The position numbers and the translations under genes are program-made. The notes beneath the pieces are model-generated. The model was not told where the DNA came from, ran no database searches, and saw only the letters and a program-made list of their open reading frames with translations. From Candidatus Oxydemutatoraceae bacterium (lineage in GTDB: Bacteria > Pseudomonadota > Gammaproteobacteria > Poriferisulfidales > Oxydemutatoraceae): DNA of 64,000 bases. The stretch is taken from positions 1,900,769 to 1,964,768 of the forward strand of contig OZ244779.1 of the NCBI GenBank assembly GCA_965219575.1, in the 5' to 3' direction. Positions within the stretch are counted from its first letter, which is position 1. Each line of letters opens with the position of its first letter. Of the stretch, positions 63,699 to 64,000 are shown in pieces.

Positions 63699-64000
63699 AA
63701 TACTCGCAGTGGGTCGGCGCATGCCGTCGTGGGTCAACGACGGCATTGCAGACTACCGAAAACGCATGCGCGATATACGCTTAGAGATACTGGAAATACC
63801 GCAAGTCAAACGCACGACATCGCAACCTCCCGCGAACGCCGTGCAGCAGGAGTGTGAAAAACTACTTTCGGCAACACCGACGGATGCCTATCTCGTTGCG
63901 CTCGATCAATCGGGATTACCGCTCGGCAGCGAACAACTCGCCGCACAACTCAAACAGTGGATGCAAAACCATCAACCGGTTGCTTTTATGATCGGCGGCA
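63682..64000 (+). CDS. rlmH: 23S rRNA pseudouridine-1915 N3-methyltransferase, truncated by the window end; not in the ORF track
   Basis: Manual translation: MPTHIKILAVGRRMPSWV..YRKRM..LVALD..SEQLA..FMIGG; follows rsfS. Confidence 0.9.
   Translation, partial: MPTHIKILAVGRRMPSWVNDGIADYRKRMRDIRLEILEIPQVKRTTSQPPANAVQQECEKLLSATPTDAYLVALDQSGLPLGSEQLAAQLKQWMQNHQPVAFMIGG

Overview
The window is mostly core chromosome of a gammaproteobacterium (inferred from protein similarity and gene content), with compact and rearranged housekeeping operons. In order it carries: rmuC, dksA, nrdBA, a DnaA-box cluster, ctpA, DJ-1, ampG-xth-RND-apaH-apaG-rsmA, tmRNA, dat-dacA-rlpA-mltB-rodA-mrdA, ppa, grxD, part of a Liv-type ABC system, cfa, comEA, a ~21 kb co-directional run from tRNA-Tyr/Gly/Thr-tuf through rpoBC to rpsA-ihfB-lapB, then mdh, a TorF-like porin and holA-proA-nadD-rsfS-rlmH. 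Two accessory signals stand out. (1) Next to the tmRNA is a 1777-aa secreted mosaic protein (beta-propeller, FN3, LRR). Its 72-bp LRR units have a near-invariant half and a hypervariable half, and a second complete LRR+cap module lies in frame directly behind its TGA stop. (2) A family of modular, nested, non-autonomous repeats occupies six intergenic loci. It comprises MITE-like arms, two REP-like hairpins, and a small hairpin cassette that replaces the loops of those hairpins and reads as a circularly permuted GTAG-REP. No transposase, integrase, reverse transcriptase or CRISPR array was seen. All calls come from reading the sequence and the supplied ORF track; no searches were run.
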